Below are positions 63,201 through 64,000 of a stretch of 64,000 bases of DNA, piece by piece (position 1 is the stretch's first letter; each line of letters starts with the position of its first letter). Origin of the DNA: Antedon mediterranea (taxonomy: Eukaryota > Animalia > Echinodermata); contig NC_092672.1 of the NCBI RefSeq assembly GCF_964355755.1, forward strand, positions 16,554,001 through 16,618,000, written 5' to 3'. The notes beneath the pieces are model-generated. The model saw only the letters and a program-made list of their open reading frames with translations, searched no databases and was not told the origin of the DNA. The translations under genes were made by a program, and so were the position numbers.

Positions 63201-64000
63201 TAGATCAGCGATAGAGAGATAGATCAGCGAGAGAGAGATAGATCAGCGAGAGAGAGATAGATCAGCGAGAGAGAGATAGATCAGCGAGAGAGAGATAGAT
63301 CAGCGAGAAAGAGATAGATCGGCGAGAGAGAGATAGATCAGCGAGAGAGAGATAGATCAGCCAGAAAGAGATAGATAGATCAGCGAGAGAGAGAGAGATA
63401 GATCAGCGAGAGAGAGAGAGAGAGATCAGCGAGAGAGAGATATATCAGCGTGAGAGAGAGATAGATCAGCGAGAGAGAGATAGATCAGCGAAAGAGAGAC
63501 AGATCCGCGAGAGAGAGAGAGAGAGAGAGATAGATCAGCGAGAGAGAGAGAGAGAGAGATCAGCGAGAGAGAGATAGATCAGCGAGAGAAAGATAGATCA
63601 GCTAGAGAGAGATAGATCTGCGAGAGAGAGATAGATCCGCGAGAGAGAGATAGATCAGCGAGAGAGATATATATCAGCGAGAGAGAGATAGATCAGCGTG
63701 AGAGAGAGATAGATCAGCGAGAGAAAGATAGATCAGCGAGAGAGATAGATCAGCGAGAGAAATATAGATCAGCGAGAAAGAGATAGATAGATCAGCGAGA
63801 GAGATAGATCAGCGAGAGAGAGATAGATAGATCAGCGAGAGAGAGATAGATCAGCGAGAGAGAGAGATAGATCAGCGAGAGAGAGAGAGAGATAGATCAG
63901 CGAGAGAGAGATAGATCAGCGAGAGAGAGATATATCAGTGAGAGAGAGATAGATCAGTGTGAGAGAGAGATAGATCAGCGAGAGAGAGATAGATCAGCGA
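57300..64000 (+). repeat. ~2.3-kb higher-order unit: two tandem copies plus a third after a ~0.5-kb interposed block
   Basis: GGTCAGCG 57796/60104/62828, CAGTGTG 59037/61343/63955, GACAAAG 59340/61647. Confidence 0.85.

Larger units (their letters stand above)
10990..64000 (+). repeat. Compound GA/GATA satellite array, right arm (>53 kb), same monomer and orientation as the left arm
   Basis: Continuous (GATA)1-3 GATCAGC (GA)n monomers to the window end. I saw no inversion and no complex insert. Confidence 0.99.

Noticed and set aside
1-64000. CRISPR-like or telomerase-type repeat interpretation of the array
   Set aside because: There are no unique spacers and no cas genes, and the context is eukaryotic. 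Variable-length monomers with inherited variants duplicated in kb blocks do not fit telomerase-templated repeats.

Overview
About 91% of this eukaryotic window is one uninterrupted-orientation, purine-rich compound satellite. Its monomer is (GATA)1-3 GATCAGC (GA)n, with modal 19-mer GATAGATCAGCGAGAGAGA, and it is organised into kb-scale higher-order duplications. The only complex sequence is a ~5.4-kb, apparently full-length non-LTR retrotransposon on the minus strand (5568-10989). It has an L1-type ORF1, an APE+RT ORF2 of the CR1/L2 group (Crack/Kiri/Daphne-like), a structured 3' UTR and an (AATC)5 tail fused in register to a satellite GAT. ORF2 is broken by two 1-bp homopolymer frameshifts and by a nested 795-bp non-autonomous TIR DNA transposon (6418-7212). 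Restoring the ORF2 frame gives the empty site CCAATTATTG, so the target duplication is AT (or absent), not TA. Together with a remnant ORF resembling the N-terminus of the SWIM/YqaJ accessory protein, this points to ISL2EU (PIF/Harbinger-ISL2EU-Spy group). No host genes, RNA genes or CRISPR arrays are visible. Family assignments come from motif recognition only; no searches were run.
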